Of a stretch of 64,000 bases of DNA, positions 1-12,003 are shown one piece after another; the stretch's first letter is position 1; every line of letters begins with the position of its first letter. A program made the position numbers and the translations under genes. Source of the DNA: a phage. The stretch is taken from sequence record OZ335963.1. One strand, written 5' to 3'. The notes under the pieces are model-generated. The model was not told where the DNA came from. It ran no database searches and worked only from the letters and a program-made list of their open reading frames with translations.

Positions 1-279
1 ATATCCAGTTAATTCCTCAATTGCTGCATTGCCAGTTAATTTCCGAGTAGCTAACGTGAATTCAATGAAGTCCAGCATATCAGTAATAGTCAGCATTCCA
101 AAACTCTGGGTAGCAATACCAGGCTTAGGCCATTTCTTAATATAATACTGTAACCCACGAGAATAAGTCAGACGATACACTCGTTTAAGCAATTCATTAT
201 CTTTATTCTTTTCAAGAATTGCTTGCTTCTGCTTAGTTGATCCGATAGATGCTATTTCATTCAGAATTTTAAGAATCAT
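1..279 (-). CDS. 30: DNA ligase, N-terminal part (gene runs off the window start)
   Basis: Minus-strand translation from the ATG at 279 gives MILKILNEIASIGSTKQKQAILEKNKDNELLKRVYRL..., matching the T4 ligase N-terminus as I recall it; start overlaps the stop of the next ORF. Confidence 0.85.
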   Translation of the reverse strand, partial: MILKILNEIASIGSTKQKQAILEKNKDNELLKRVYRLTYSRGLQYYIKKWPKPGIATQSFGMLTITDMLDFIEFTLATRKLTGNAAIEELTGY

Positions 280-545
280 TGTTCATCCTTCAGAGTTTGA
301 TTTACAGCTCTATTATAAATCAATTCATCATTAAGCTCAGGCAAAGACCTATGATATGTAGTTCTAACTTTATTTCCTTGCATCCAGTGCTTAACGTAAA
401 TGAAACCTTGCTCTACACATTTTTTAAAAATTCGTTCGTCTTTTTGAGCTCGGAATTCTGGATTGCATCTAAAAAATTGATTTACGTGACCGTAATCACG
501 TGTAGTATTACCTTCATTTTCATAAATAGTGTGAACGACAAACAT
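276..545 (-). CDS. hypothetical protein, 89 aa (30.x region)
   Basis: ORF co-oriented with neighbours; start/stop overlaps with flanking genes. Confidence 0.5.
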   Translation of the reverse strand: MFVVHTIYENEGNTTRDYGHVNQFFRCNPEFRAQKDERIFKKCVEQGFIYVKHWMQGNKVRTTYHRSLPELNDELIYNRAVNQTLKDEQ

Positions 546-1384
546 TAGAATGCTCCTTGAAAAATATTGTCACCACTAGTAGGTCTATTATACAAATACT
601 CTATGCCACCAGGTTTAATGTAGTTCCATGTCTGAAACGGATGTGTCTGATATGGATGATATAGATGATTATATGGATTTAATCCAGGCGTTCTCCAGGT
701 AGTGTTCCAAGGAAAAGAATCGTTTTTAACCATCTTCTCAATTAAATCTTTTATAGCTTTTTCACTATCAAATCTTTCTTTATTTTCCTTCGGCGAAAAA
801 AGCTTATTTTCTACATCATTCCATGTATAAACTCGCTGGGCAGTTTTTGGAATATTGTCACGCTCTCCTCGAGCCATCCAATAAACAGGAACATTTAATA
901 TTTCACTCGCATGATCACAGTGATGAGCGAGATCGTCAATATAACAAATTACGTTATATTTCTCTTTTGCCTTTTTGAACAGCTCTTCTTTTGAAGAATC
1001 ATGACCACACATCATTACTTCTGAAAATGCACCAGGAAAAAGAGCATTCAAATTAAATTGACGATTCAGCAGAGCGTCAATAGAATCACCTAGTGCTGTA
1101 ACAGCTACAAAATTATAATCTTCTTTTAATTTGTTAATTACACACAGGGCATCTTTATATGGAGACAAGTAACGAATAAAATCTGATCGATTGTATTTTT
1201 CAATTAACTTGACACCAAGTTCTTCATCACAATTAAAGAGTTTACCTGGAGAAATAAATTTCTCATCTTGGATCATTTTTAAAATATGTTCTAACGGAAG
1301 ATTATATTTCTGAGCAAAATAAGGAAGACCTGATTGCCAGCTTAAACATACTCCATCAATATCAGTTAAAATAGTAGGCTTCAT
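545..1384 (-). CDS. HAD-superfamily-like hydrolase, 279 aa
   Basis: N-terminal DIDGV (HAD motif I-like, DxDxV); packed between neighbours with overlapping stops/starts. Confidence 0.55.
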   Translation of the reverse strand: MKPTILTDIDGVCLSWQSGLPYFAQKYNLPLEHILKMIQDEKFISPGKLFNCDEELGVKLIEKYNRSDFIRYLSPYKDALCVINKLKEDYNFVAVTALGDSIDALLNRQFNLNALFPGAFSEVMMCGHDSSKEELFKKAKEKYNVICYIDDLAHHCDHASEILNVPVYWMARGERDNIPKTAQRVYTWNDVENKLFSPKENKERFDSEKAIKDLIEKMVKNDSFPWNTTWRTPGLNPYNHLYHPYQTHPFQTWNYIKPGGIEYLYNRPTSGDNIFQGAF

Positions 1385-1845
1385 AGAGAGTCTCTTAATA
1401 GGTTTAACACATCAATAAATTCAGCTTCGGTTAGTATTGTATCATCTTTTGTTAGACCACTAGCCATGCTGTGCTTCAAAACTTTTCCTTTCGAGGCTTG
1501 TAACGCATCACGAAAGCCCTTGTTTTGGAACGCTGCTTCAAAATATGCATTTGTGTATAATTCTTTCCACGCTGGAGAGTATCTTGAAAACGGAACTCCA
1601 AGCCAGAAGAGGGTCCCACGGTCCTGAGCTCTAGCATAAGACCTTCCGGCTTGTTGGGCGGCAAGCCCGGATAACCCAAATATACGACGTTGCTGTTCAA
1701 TATTTTTCACTTTACACCCTTGGAGGAATCCTTCGAGACCTCCAAATTGGATACCATCCATAACGAAAGGCCATTGGGCGAAATTGCTTAATGCGCATGA
1801 TGGCCATTTAAAATTGCTTCTTATCTCTAGCTCAGACATTTTCAA
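1381..1845 (-). CDS. YbiA/NADAR-like domain protein, 154 aa
   Basis: N-terminal LSNFAQWPFVMDGIQF resembles the FSNFAAWP..DG motif of E. coli YbiA (DUF1768/NADAR), from memory. Confidence 0.45.
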   Translation of the reverse strand: MKMSELEIRSNFKWPSCALSNFAQWPFVMDGIQFGGLEGFLQGCKVKNIEQQRRIFGLSGLAAQQAGRSYARAQDRGTLFWLGVPFSRYSPAWKELYTNAYFEAAFQNKGFRDALQASKGKVLKHSMASGLTKDDTILTEAEFIDVLNLLRDSL

Positions 1846-2038
1846 TACTTATAATTTCAACATCAGCCCAATGACCATAGCAAGGAAGACGAAATTCAAC
1901 TGGCCAGTTAGGGTCCTTTTCTAATATAATAGACTCAACTTGTGGTTCTTCATGTTCATCAGTATATGGATTTTTATCTGTTACTTTATATGTGACCTTA
2001 ATGTACTGAATTCCAAAAATCTTATTAATTATATTCAT
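1832..2038 (-). CDS. hypothetical protein, 68 aa
   Basis: ORF in co-oriented gene string. Confidence 0.4.
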   Translation of the reverse strand: MNIINKIFGIQYIKVTYKVTDKNPYTDEHEEPQVESIILEKDPNWPVEFRLPCYGHWADVEIISIENV

Positions 2039-2232
2039 ACTAATTCCTTTAATCCGTAAATAGGAGATAATTCATCGCCCATACGAAGGTCTTCATTTCC
2101 ATCTACCCAAGAAACAATATAAGCCTCTTTTATTTGAATACCACTCCATTTAAATGGAGGTAGAACCTTAGAAATTAATCCAGGTATACCAACTCCCTTT
2201 AATTCAACAGTTTGACCTAAAAAGAATTTCAT
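2035..2232 (-). CDS. hypothetical protein, 65 aa
   Basis: ORF in co-oriented gene string with overlapping stop/start. Confidence 0.4.
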   Translation of the reverse strand: MKFFLGQTVELKGVGIPGLISKVLPPFKWSGIQIKEAYIVSWVDGNEDLRMGDELSPIYGLKELV

Positions 2233-2519
2233 TAGAACCTCATCTGAAAACCGTGCGATTTAACATTACCGCCGCCAATATCAGAAATGTTAATTTCACG
2301 CGCAATTGAAGGGTCAATGTCAATTTCACGATTGAATTTAGTGATAGCTAAAGTATCGCGCCCATTTACAGTACGGAATTCTAAAGGACATACTACATTA
2401 ACGTAGTTTTTAATCGATTCGCTAGTAGGTTGCAAATGAGCAGGAAGGTCTTTAGGCGCCTTAGAGAAAACTACTTCGCAGAAGTTTTTACGAGTATCAA
2501 AATAAGTAGTCATAAACAT
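2232..2519 (-). CDS. hypothetical protein, 95 aa
   Basis: ORF in co-oriented gene string. Confidence 0.45.
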   Translation of the reverse strand: MFMTTYFDTRKNFCEVVFSKAPKDLPAHLQPTSESIKNYVNVVCPLEFRTVNGRDTLAITKFNREIDIDPSIAREINISDIGGGNVKSHGFQMRF

Positions 2520-2560
2520 AGTATTTTCCTCAGTAAGGGGCCGAAGCCCCTTATTTTATT

Positions 2561-2926
2561 TTAAATATCAAATTCGTTAAGAACTACATCAAAGATTGCT
2601 TCAAGATGCTCAGGTTTAGCTCTGTTACTCAGAATATGACGAATCCAAGTTTTAACCAGAAGTTTACGATTAACACCATTCCAGCAAGGATGAGTCCCTA
2701 AATCGCGTTGGCGAAAATCATCATCCAGAGCGATTTTAAAAGAAGAACCTTCTTTCGTGATTGAAACCGTGATGCCATTTTCAAATCGCATATAAACGTA
2801 GTTAGGAGTCATATACTGTTCAATTTCGCATACTGATCCATTTTGATGTTTCCAAAGGCAGATAGTATCAATAGAACCTGCAATACCGTTAGAAACATAT
2901 TTACGTTCAAAGTTGATGTAGTTCAT
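2561..2926 (-). CDS. hypothetical protein, 121 aa
   Basis: ORF in co-oriented gene string. Confidence 0.5.
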   Translation of the reverse strand: MNYINFERKYVSNGIAGSIDTICLWKHQNGSVCEIEQYMTPNYVYMRFENGITVSITKEGSSFKIALDDDFRQRDLGTHPCWNGVNRKLLVKTWIRHILSNRAKPEHLEAIFDVVLNEFDI

Positions 2927-2994
2927 TTTTATTCTCCGAGATGTTTAATTGCGGTACAGGTATATAATATCATATCCTGTACCAAAGTAAACAA

Positions 2995-3327
2995 TTATTT
3001 TACTACTTTCCAATGTTGCATGTCAAGTTTACCAACTTTTTTCATCTTCTCAATTAAGCGTTCGGCACGTTGGCGAGCTGTAACATAATACCATTCACCT
3101 AATTCATTTTGTTCAATTTTTCCAACGATTACTGTATTCAATTCATAAATCCAACCAGTAAAGAAATTATGAACTTGAATTGCAAAGGTGAAATCTGTTC
3201 CCATACCTTCTGTTGTTTCTACTTCAATAATATCACCTTCAACTGCCATTAAGAACCACATAGTTTCATCATATTTACCGTTGAAGCATTTAGTTTTAAC
3301 TGTAGCGTTCAGATTAATCGTTTTCAT
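2995..3327 (-). CDS. hypothetical protein, 110 aa
   Basis: ORF in co-oriented gene string. Confidence 0.5.
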   Translation of the reverse strand: MKTINLNATVKTKCFNGKYDETMWFLMAVEGDIIEVETTEGMGTDFTFAIQVHNFFTGWIYELNTVIVGKIEQNELGEWYYVTARQRAERLIEKMKKVGKLDMQHWKVVK

Positions 3328-3413
3328 TTTATTCTCCTTTGTTTGTGTAAGATAATACTATCACAAAGGAACCATACTGTAAACAACTTTGTGCAATCTT
3401 TGAAAAATAAAAA

Positions 3414-3431
3414 AGGACTCCCGAAGGAGTC
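3414..3431 (-). terminator. GGACUCC-UUCG-GGAGUCC hairpin followed by U-run on the minus-sense RNA
   Basis: Perfect 7-bp stem with UUCG tetraloop on the transcribed strand; plus-strand A-run immediately 5' (U-run after the hairpin in the mRNA). Confidence 0.55.
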
Positions 3432-3437
3432 CTCAAC

Positions 3438-3614
3438 TTATGCTTTCTGCTTACCAAAACGAGAAGCATCATCTCGAAGAACCGCACGTGCTCGGCGCAT
3501 GATCTTCTCAACAGTTTGATTGATACGAGAGTTCGACCCACGCTTGTAACCAGCGCGTTTAGAATCACCAACTTTCTTTTCAACTGCTTTCTTTGCTTTA
3601 GCTTGTTTTGCCAT
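3438..3614 (-). CDS. small basic protein, 58 aa (MAKQAKAKK...; 30.9-like)
   Basis: ATG at 3614 preceded by AAAGAG; the listed 72-aa ORF probably starts at this internal Met. Confidence 0.45.
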   Translation of the reverse strand: MAKQAKAKKAVEKKVGDSKRAGYKRGSNSRINQTVEKIMRRARAVLRDDASRFGKQKA

Positions 3615-4011
3615 TATAAATTCTCTTTTAAATGAAAATGCAGGACTTATTGGCATTGCCTGCGAAAGCCCTCAAGGGGTACTTAGGTTTTGAATATTTA
3701 CCGACAGGATAACCATAAACCTCGTCAACATACCTTATAGCTCTTATCTGTTGCACACCGTTAGCTTAAAGGTTCCGGGTTCGATTTCTCGAGGATAAGA
3801 TATATACTGATGGATATATAGGCCTTGAGGCGTACTCCCGATTGGCCATCACCTCGGGGTAGCATGCACTTGCCGCTATAAGAATAACATTCAAGAGGTA
3901 CACCGTAAAACTGCCGGGGTCTTAAAACTATAATGATTCGCAAATCATTAATCAGACAGTTCGACGGCTCCTCGATTTTAGCTCACACTAAGGCAGTGAA
4001 TCTCCAATAAA

Positions 4012-4260
4012 TTACTTCAGTGTTACCACAAAGTGACGAACTGCTTTTCGTGCGGCAGAAGCCAGAGGCTTAGCATATTTAAGTTCATCTTTTTCCTGAA
4101 GCTCAACAGCTAATGCAGTTTGAGCAGGATTCAGATGTTTGAAATAACGCAGGATTTCAAGAGCTTCGGCTTCAACATCAATAGATGCGCCATAGTTTTC
4201 GTGACCATTATTCCATGCGTTTCGTTGCAGTTCAAGAGCGTGTTGTAATTGTTTAATCAT
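4012..4260 (-). CDS. rIII: rIII-like lysis-inhibition accessory protein, 82 aa
   Basis: 82-aa ORF immediately downstream of gene 31, as in T4; the name rests on size and position only. Confidence 0.55.
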   Translation of the reverse strand: MIKQLQHALELQRNAWNNGHENYGASIDVEAEALEILRYFKHLNPAQTALAVELQEKDELKYAKPLASAARKAVRHFVVTLK

Positions 4261-4399
4261 TTAAAAATTCTCGTTAGAGATTAAAACTCGGTAGTCACGT
4301 TCTTCTGAATTTCATCTTCTTTCGACAGATCTCTCAGTTGTAGACTACCACATAGAATTGTTCGGTTAACTTATTATTCCGACACCCAATTCATATTAT

Positions 4400-4407
4400 T
4401 ATTTATA
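4400..4407 (-). promoter_or_regulatory. T4-type late promoter core TATAAATA (minus sense)
   Basis: Exact TATAAATA on the transcribed strand between gene 31 stop and rIII start. Confidence 0.4.
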
Positions 4408-4743
4408 TCACTTATAAAGACACGGAATAGCTTTATAGTGACAGGTAACAAATTTTTGTTTAATTTCTTTTGGCTGCTTAAGACCCAGAGCTACAAAAGG
4501 ATGCGGAACGTTTCGAATTTGACCAACTGGAAGAGAAGTCAAATCACCAACTTCACAGAAACCTTCAGGAACATCAGGACCAACAGAGTGAATTACACAC
4601 AGTTCAGGAACTTCACCTTGAACACGTTTACCGATAATAAGTCCTGATTCTGTAACTTCTTCATCACCGGCTTGTGCAGGTTCAGAAACTAAAATAACAT
4701 ATTCACCGACAGCACGAATTGGTAGCTGTTGTACTTCAGACAT
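4408..4743 (-). CDS. 31: co-chaperonin gp31 (GroES-like), 111 aa
   Basis: [45 protein letters not shown]... matches T4 gp31 from memory. Confidence 0.9.
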   Translation of the reverse strand: MSEVQQLPIRAVGEYVILVSEPAQAGDEEVTESGLIIGKRVQGEVPELCVIHSVGPDVPEGFCEVGDLTSLPVGQIRNVPHPFVALGLKQPKEIKQKFVTCHYKAIPCLYK

Positions 4744-4799
4744 CATTTTTCCTTTTTGTTAACAGATGAATTAATAATAACAAATAATTCTTAAAGCAT

Positions 4800-5108
4800 T
4801 TATTTACCAATAAATTGGAGCAAATGCTCAACTTTCATACCATTAACGGAAATCAATTTGTCAATAGAAAAACCTCGCCATGCACCAAGCTCAACATCAA
4901 ATACTGGAACCATATCAGTAGATTCTTTCCGAGTAGATTCAGTCAATTTACCAGTTTGCATGGTTGGCATAAAGTCAGCATCACGAGTACCTTTCATAGT
5001 ACGAATAGTGCCATCAGACTTTTCAAAAACTACATTTGAAATACCCATGGACAATTTAGTTTTCAAAATTTCGCGAATTGCTACTTTTTGTTCAGTCGTC
5101 AGTTTCAT
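4800..5108 (-). CDS. hypothetical protein, 102 aa (31.1 position)
   Basis: ORF between gene 31 and cd. Confidence 0.5.
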   Translation of the reverse strand: MKLTTEQKVAIREILKTKLSMGISNVVFEKSDGTIRTMKGTRDADFMPTMQTGKLTESTRKESTDMVPVFDVELGAWRGFSIDKLISVNGMKVEHLLQFIGK

Positions 5109-5345
5109 TTATTTACCTATTACAGTTTTAATATGAGTTGTTCCACGTTCTTTAAGAGTGGAAAGCAACTTTTGGCATTTTTCTAAATCAGATTTCCAAC
5201 TATACGGTCTATCAATACTAGTCCAGTCAGTTTTATAATACTGTTTCCATTTAGAGAAAAAATATTTCTTATACTCTACAGCAAATGAAATGTTCTCGTT
5301 AGAATAAGAACTAATTGCTGTGAGTTGTACCAAACGAAATTTCAT
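5109..5345 (-). CDS. hypothetical protein, 78 aa (31.2 position)
   Basis: ORF between gene 31 and cd. Confidence 0.45.
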   Translation of the reverse strand: MKFRLVQLTAISSYSNENISFAVEYKKYFFSKWKQYYKTDWTSIDRPYSWKSDLEKCQKLLSTLKERGTTHIKTVIGK

Positions 5346-5926
5346 TATTCACCACAGAATTCGTTGATATTTTCCCAGTTTAACTTATTCAAGTTTTTCT
5401 TAGGAACATTAAACACTTCAATACCTGCATTTCGCAGAATATCATCCCAGCCAGGTTTATTTTTATCGTATGTTTCGCAATAAACCAGCTTTTTAATTCC
5501 AGATTGAGCTATTGCTTTTGCACAATCTGGGCAAGGAGAAAGTGTTACATACATAGTAGCACCTTCAATTGAAGAACCGTTTCGTGCAGCAAACAAAATC
5601 GCATTTAGTTCAGCATGAATTTCATTTTTAGACGACCATTCAGAGTGAGCGCTACGGTGTTCTTTCGCCAAGACAAAACGATCAGTTGAACCAAACGATA
5701 CACATTCAGGCTTATGACCTTGAATGATAGTATGTTTAGGTTTATTCAGCAACCAACCTTGCTCAGCAGCATAATCACAGCAGTTCACACCCCCGGCAGG
5801 TGAACCATTATATCCGGTAGAAATAATACGTCCATTCTTTTCAATTACTGCTCCTACCTTCCAGGAGCAACATTTTGATTCTTGTGATACTAAATATGCA
5901 ATTTGAAGTACTGTACTCGCTTTCAT
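5345..5926 (-). CDS. cd: dCMP deaminase, 193 aa
   Basis: Zinc-ligand motifs HAELNAI and PCPDCAKAI of the cytidine/deoxycytidylate deaminase fold; length and sequence match T4 Cd. Confidence 0.9.
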   Translation of the reverse strand: MKASTVLQIAYLVSQESKCCSWKVGAVIEKNGRIISTGYNGSPAGGVNCCDYAAEQGWLLNKPKHTIIQGHKPECVSFGSTDRFVLAKEHRSAHSEWSSKNEIHAELNAILFAARNGSSIEGATMYVTLSPCPDCAKAIAQSGIKKLVYCETYDKNKPGWDDILRNAGIEVFNVPKKNLNKLNWENINEFCGE

Positions 5927-6261
5927 TTCATAATCACCAGATAAGCAGATTTAGCAGTTTCAACACGATAAATTTCGTGACGAAGTTTAGTTATACTTTT
6001 AATAACAGAACTAATTATATTCTGCCCATCTTTAAAGCGGTTTTTCTTATCAATAAAAATTGCGCCAACCATCTTTTTGTGAAGCTCAACTGGATACTTC
6101 GTCACAATAATAGCATCATACACAGAAGGATGAATACTGTTCACCAGAGTATCGTTCATTAAAGTTATTCTAATGAACTGTGCTGTTTCAGAATCAAGCG
6201 CTCTATGATCGCCAGTATCATTTTCAAGACAAGTATCAATTATATCAGTTAAATTCATCAT
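5923..6261 (-). CDS. hypothetical protein, 112 aa
   Basis: ORF in cd-pseT interval. Confidence 0.45.
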   Translation of the reverse strand: MMNLTDIIDTCLENDTGDHRALDSETAQFIRITLMNDTLVNSIHPSVYDAIIVTKYPVELHKKMVGAIFIDKKNRFKDGQNIISSVIKSITKLRHEIYRVETAKSAYLVIMK

Positions 6262-6494
6262 AGTACGCCATACACCCTTTGTGCTTCAACTAATCCATCA
6301 AAATCCAATTTAAGATGTGTTATTTGGTCACCATCACCTGGATTCACAATTACTAATACTGAACGAGGAGTTTCGGTAATAACGCGAACCGATGTTTCTG
6401 GAAATCGTTCAGAAACCTTATTTACCAATTCTTGAGCAAATATTTTAACTTTTTCTTGGAATTCTTTAACAGTAATTGGTTTTTCACTTAGCAT
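6258..6494 (-). CDS. hypothetical protein, 78 aa
   Basis: ORF in cd-pseT interval. Confidence 0.45.
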   Translation of the reverse strand: MLSEKPITVKEFQEKVKIFAQELVNKVSERFPETSVRVITETPRSVLVIVNPGDGDQITHLKLDFDGLVEAQRVYGVL

Positions 6495-7015
6495 GTTGAT
6501 CCCAGCTCCTTACTTTCAACGTTTTTAACTAATTTGACAGAAACTAATTCAGCATCTTGAGTAATCATTACCGGACCTTCTTCATACTCTTCGAGATATT
6601 CTAGAGCTTTCTTTTTAGCTTCTTCCTTCGTATCAGTTTGAGCATAGATATAAAACATACAACCAGTAATACCTACTACTTTCCACTTAATTTCTTTATC
6701 AGTTTTAATTTCAAATTTACTGACAGAATCATCTTTTTGAACTTCTTCGAAAAAAGAATATTCTAACATATAAGCAATTGAAAATAACGGGCTAACTTTA
6801 TAGGATTCGCCCATTACATCAACAGCTTTATACCAGCAATCATCAATTTCACGTTTAATGCTAATAACATTTTTCGCAGGATCTATTTTTACTTTAAATG
6901 AATTTTCCCCAATAAACTGAGCAATTCGTTTATTAGCCCCACAGGTTTCATTAAAAATATCTTTATATCCAGCTTTAAAGCGATAAACCTTATCTTCTTC
7001 AAACCATTCGCTCAT
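6488..7015 (-). CDS. hypothetical protein, 175 aa
   Basis: ORF in cd-pseT interval; early-promoter-like sequence upstream (~7040-7080). Confidence 0.5.
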   Translation of the reverse strand: MSEWFEEDKVYRFKAGYKDIFNETCGANKRIAQFIGENSFKVKIDPAKNVISIKREIDDCWYKAVDVMGESYKVSPLFSIAYMLEYSFFEEVQKDDSVSKFEIKTDKEIKWKVVGITGCMFYIYAQTDTKEEAKKKALEYLEEYEEGPVMITQDAELVSVKLVKNVESKELGSTC

Positions 7016-7077
7016 TTCAATTTCCTCATTTGTTTTGGTAGAGCTATAATATCACAACTCTACCGTAAAGTAAACTA

Positions 7078-7353
7078 TTAAATTGCTTTGAATTCTGCTG
7101 TCTGCGATTCAAAACGAATATCGCCTTTGATGACTAGCTCAGCATCAAGACCGAATACGACAATGATATGCGCGGAACCTGGATACAGCGTAATTGCAAT
7201 AGAATCCACTTGGTCTGGAAGCAAAGCGTTCAATACATGAGTCACTTGAGCATGAATTCGAAGCTCAGCTGCGTTATCAAGCTTTTCAAACATGTTATTA
7301 GCGATAATTTGGCTAAACACTACTTCTACGATTTTAGAGTAAGTCGGAAACAT
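7078..7353 (-). CDS. hypothetical protein, 91 aa
   Basis: ORF in cd-pseT interval. Confidence 0.45.
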   Translation of the reverse strand: MFPTYSKIVEVVFSQIIANNMFEKLDNAAELRIHAQVTHVLNALLPDQVDSIAITLYPGSAHIIVVFGLDAELVIKGDIRFESQTAEFKAI

Positions 7354-7355
7354 AT

Positions 7356-7556
7356 TTACCTCACATAATTTTCTTCAAGCCAATCAATAACATCCAAAGC
7401 GTTATCAAAAATTGAACCATCTACTTTGTCTTCTGTTTCATAATCAAGAACATCTAATCCTACTCTTCCATCAACAATAGGCCATAAACAAAATAGATAT
7501 TTCTTTTCTTTTTCAATTTTATCACAAAGACGATAAATCTTTTCTAGATTATTCAT
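7356..7556 (-). CDS. hypothetical protein, 66 aa
   Basis: ORF in cd-pseT interval. Confidence 0.4.
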   Translation of the reverse strand: MNNLEKIYRLCDKIEKEKKYLFCLWPIVDGRVGLDVLDYETEDKVDGSIFDNALDVIDWLEENYVR

Positions 7557-7748
7557 AAGTTTTCCACGGTAAAGGCAGTTTAGTTTTCTTTACTGTTAGT
7601 TCAACATCAGGATTCTTTTCCCTTAATTTAAGGCATTCCTCCCAAGCTCTGATTTCACTAGTGAATACACAAAATTGCCCATTACTAGTACCAACTAAAC
7701 CACTATTTACAATAATAATAATAGCCCAAGTTTCATGATGTAAAGCCA

Positions 7749-7749
<1 letters not shown>
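7549..7749 (-). CDS. hypothetical protein, 66 aa
   Basis: ORF in cd-pseT interval. Confidence 0.4.
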
Positions 7750-8956
<1,207 letters not shown>

Positions 8957-8959
8957 TTA

Positions 8960-9190
8960 TTATTTCTCAACCAATGATTGAATATAATCATGCAGGTCTT
9001 TGGATGCTTTACCCCACTTATTTTGGTATTCATTTTTAAGATTAGCACGTGATTGAGCTAATAAAACATCATTAGTTGGAGGTAAAGATTCTAACCGCTG
9101 AATCTGGCGTCCGTAAATCATTGCAGCCATCTCGGATTCATAAATCAATCCTTTGAGATGTTCAAATTGATGCCATGAAATCATTTGCAT
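8960..9190 (-). CDS. hypothetical protein, 76 aa
   Basis: ORF downstream of pseT. Confidence 0.4.
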   Translation of the reverse strand: MQMISWHQFEHLKGLIYESEMAAMIYGRQIQRLESLPPTNDVLLAQSRANLKNEYQNKWGKASKDLHDYIQSLVEK

Positions 9191-9480
9191 TTATCCTCTT
9201 TTAACTCTTGGCGATAATAACATATCATAGTTTTCTGATCATGTACATATCGTTTTACATCATTAAGCCAAATACGAAATTCCTGGGAATCTTCGAATGG
9301 CATACCGACCCAAGCTTTACCATCAATAACTTTAACTTGCCAAGATAGTTTAGCTTCATCATATGACTTTATTTGTACTGGCCAATTAGGATGAACTGTT
9401 TCTTTCTTTACTTCTAGAGGCTTTGTCGAACAACCAACTAGAAGACCAATAGATAATATTAATGCTGATAGTTTAATCAT
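9181..9480 (-). CDS. putative lipoprotein, 99 aa
   Basis: N-terminal signal with lipobox-like LLVGC. Confidence 0.45.
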   Translation of the reverse strand: MIKLSALILSIGLLVGCSTKPLEVKKETVHPNWPVQIKSYDEAKLSWQVKVIDGKAWVGMPFEDSQEFRIWLNDVKRYVHDQKTMICYYRQELKEDKCK

Positions 9481-9830
9481 TTAGAAAGGTCCTGGATGTC
9501 TTCTGCGAACTTGTTGAAGGAGTTGTTGATTTGTTTTTCAACCAATCCTGGCTTATGAGCCACCACATCCGCCTTCTTTGCGTCTTTGCGCAGTTTTTCA
9601 TTTTCACGCTCAATAGCAGCAATTGCCTCACGATTTTTATTATTCATCGCATCAATATAATTATACTGAATTCGCAAATTATTTAATGCTAAAGCGTTTT
9701 CATTGGCCGTTTTTGTAATTTCTACAACAGACGTTTCTAATCTTTCAATTTTATTTTTTAAAATTAAAGAAGTTCCGCCCAATGCAATTACAATTAATAA
9801 CAAGCCTGTTGTCGTATTACTTAATTGCAT
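9477..9830 (-). CDS. membrane-anchored coiled-coil protein, 117 aa
   Basis: N-terminal hydrophobic helix followed by charged, helix-prone sequence. Confidence 0.45.
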   Translation of the reverse strand: MQLSNTTTGLLLIVIALGGTSLILKNKIERLETSVVEITKTANENALALNNLRIQYNYIDAMNNKNREAIAAIERENEKLRKDAKKADVVAHKPGLVEKQINNSFNKFAEDIQDLSK

Positions 9831-10327
9831 AAAGTTTTAATAACCTCTACAATATCGTCTTGAGAAAGACCGTTAATTAAAATATGATGTTCAGCTGGAG
9901 ATTTAGAAATTTTAAAGCATGCCTCAACATCTTCTGCCATATCCGATGCGCTACGATTTGGATTACTAATTCCAAGACGATGTTTTCCCGTTAAAGGATT
10001 AACGATGATATAGCATTTACAGTTGTTAATATGAACATTAGGTTGAGTCTGATTAATGAATACATCACAATCATATTTCGCAAGCTGATTTTCTAAAAAG
10101 ACTTTCATCTCCTCAACCGCATCAGGAAGCATATCACGAGCTTGCTCAAGACGACGATTTCGATATTCTTTAATGGTCGTTTTCCGCTTGACTTGCTTAG
10201 CTAAATCTTTCTTAAGATCGGTGATATATCCAACTCGACGATTTCCTTTAAATACAGAAATCCCATCTGTAGTATCACCGTATGCTTCAACGACCATCTC
10301 AGTAGTAATAAGCTGCAAATCCATCAT
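9821..10327 (-). CDS. alc: Alc-like host transcription shut-off protein, ~167 aa
   Basis: Size and position (between the pseT cluster and rnlA) as in T4; early promoter directly upstream. Confidence 0.5.
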   Translation of the reverse strand: MMDLQLITTEMVVEAYGDTTDGISVFKGNRRVGYITDLKKDLAKQVKRKTTIKEYRNRRLEQARDMLPDAVEEMKVFLENQLAKYDCDVFINQTQPNVHINNCKCYIIVNPLTGKHRLGISNPNRSASDMAEDVEACFKISKSPAEHHILINGLSQDDIVEVIKTLCN

Positions 10328-10355
10328 AAAGTCCTCATGTTATGTCAGTAAGATT

Positions 10356-10385
10356 ATTATAACACAACACGAGGGACTTGTAAAC
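10356..10385 (-). promoter_or_regulatory. T4 early-type sigma70 promoter (GTTTAC -35, TATAAT -10 on minus sense)
   Basis: Minus sense reads GTTTAC-18 nt-TATAAT about 30 nt upstream of the alc start. Confidence 0.5.
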
Positions 10386-10388
10386 AGC

Positions 10389-11976
<1,588 letters not shown>

Positions 11977-11984
11977 AATAAAAT

Positions 11985-11998
11985 GGGCCTTGCGGCCC
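11985..11998 (-). terminator. GGGCC-GCAA-GGCCC hairpin with downstream U-rich tract (minus sense)
   Basis: Perfect 5-bp GC stem between nrdB stop and denA start. Confidence 0.35.
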
Positions 11999-12003
11999 AC
12001 TCC

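Noticed and set aside
3774-3793. tRNA-like T-loop sequence GGTTCGATT
   Set aside because: The flanking bases cannot form a T-stem or acceptor stem, so it is not a tRNA.
3761-3943. 60-codon minus-strand ORF inside the non-coding gap
   Set aside because: Low-complexity sequence, no RBS, and it overlaps hairpin and GC-rich structural elements; more likely non-coding.
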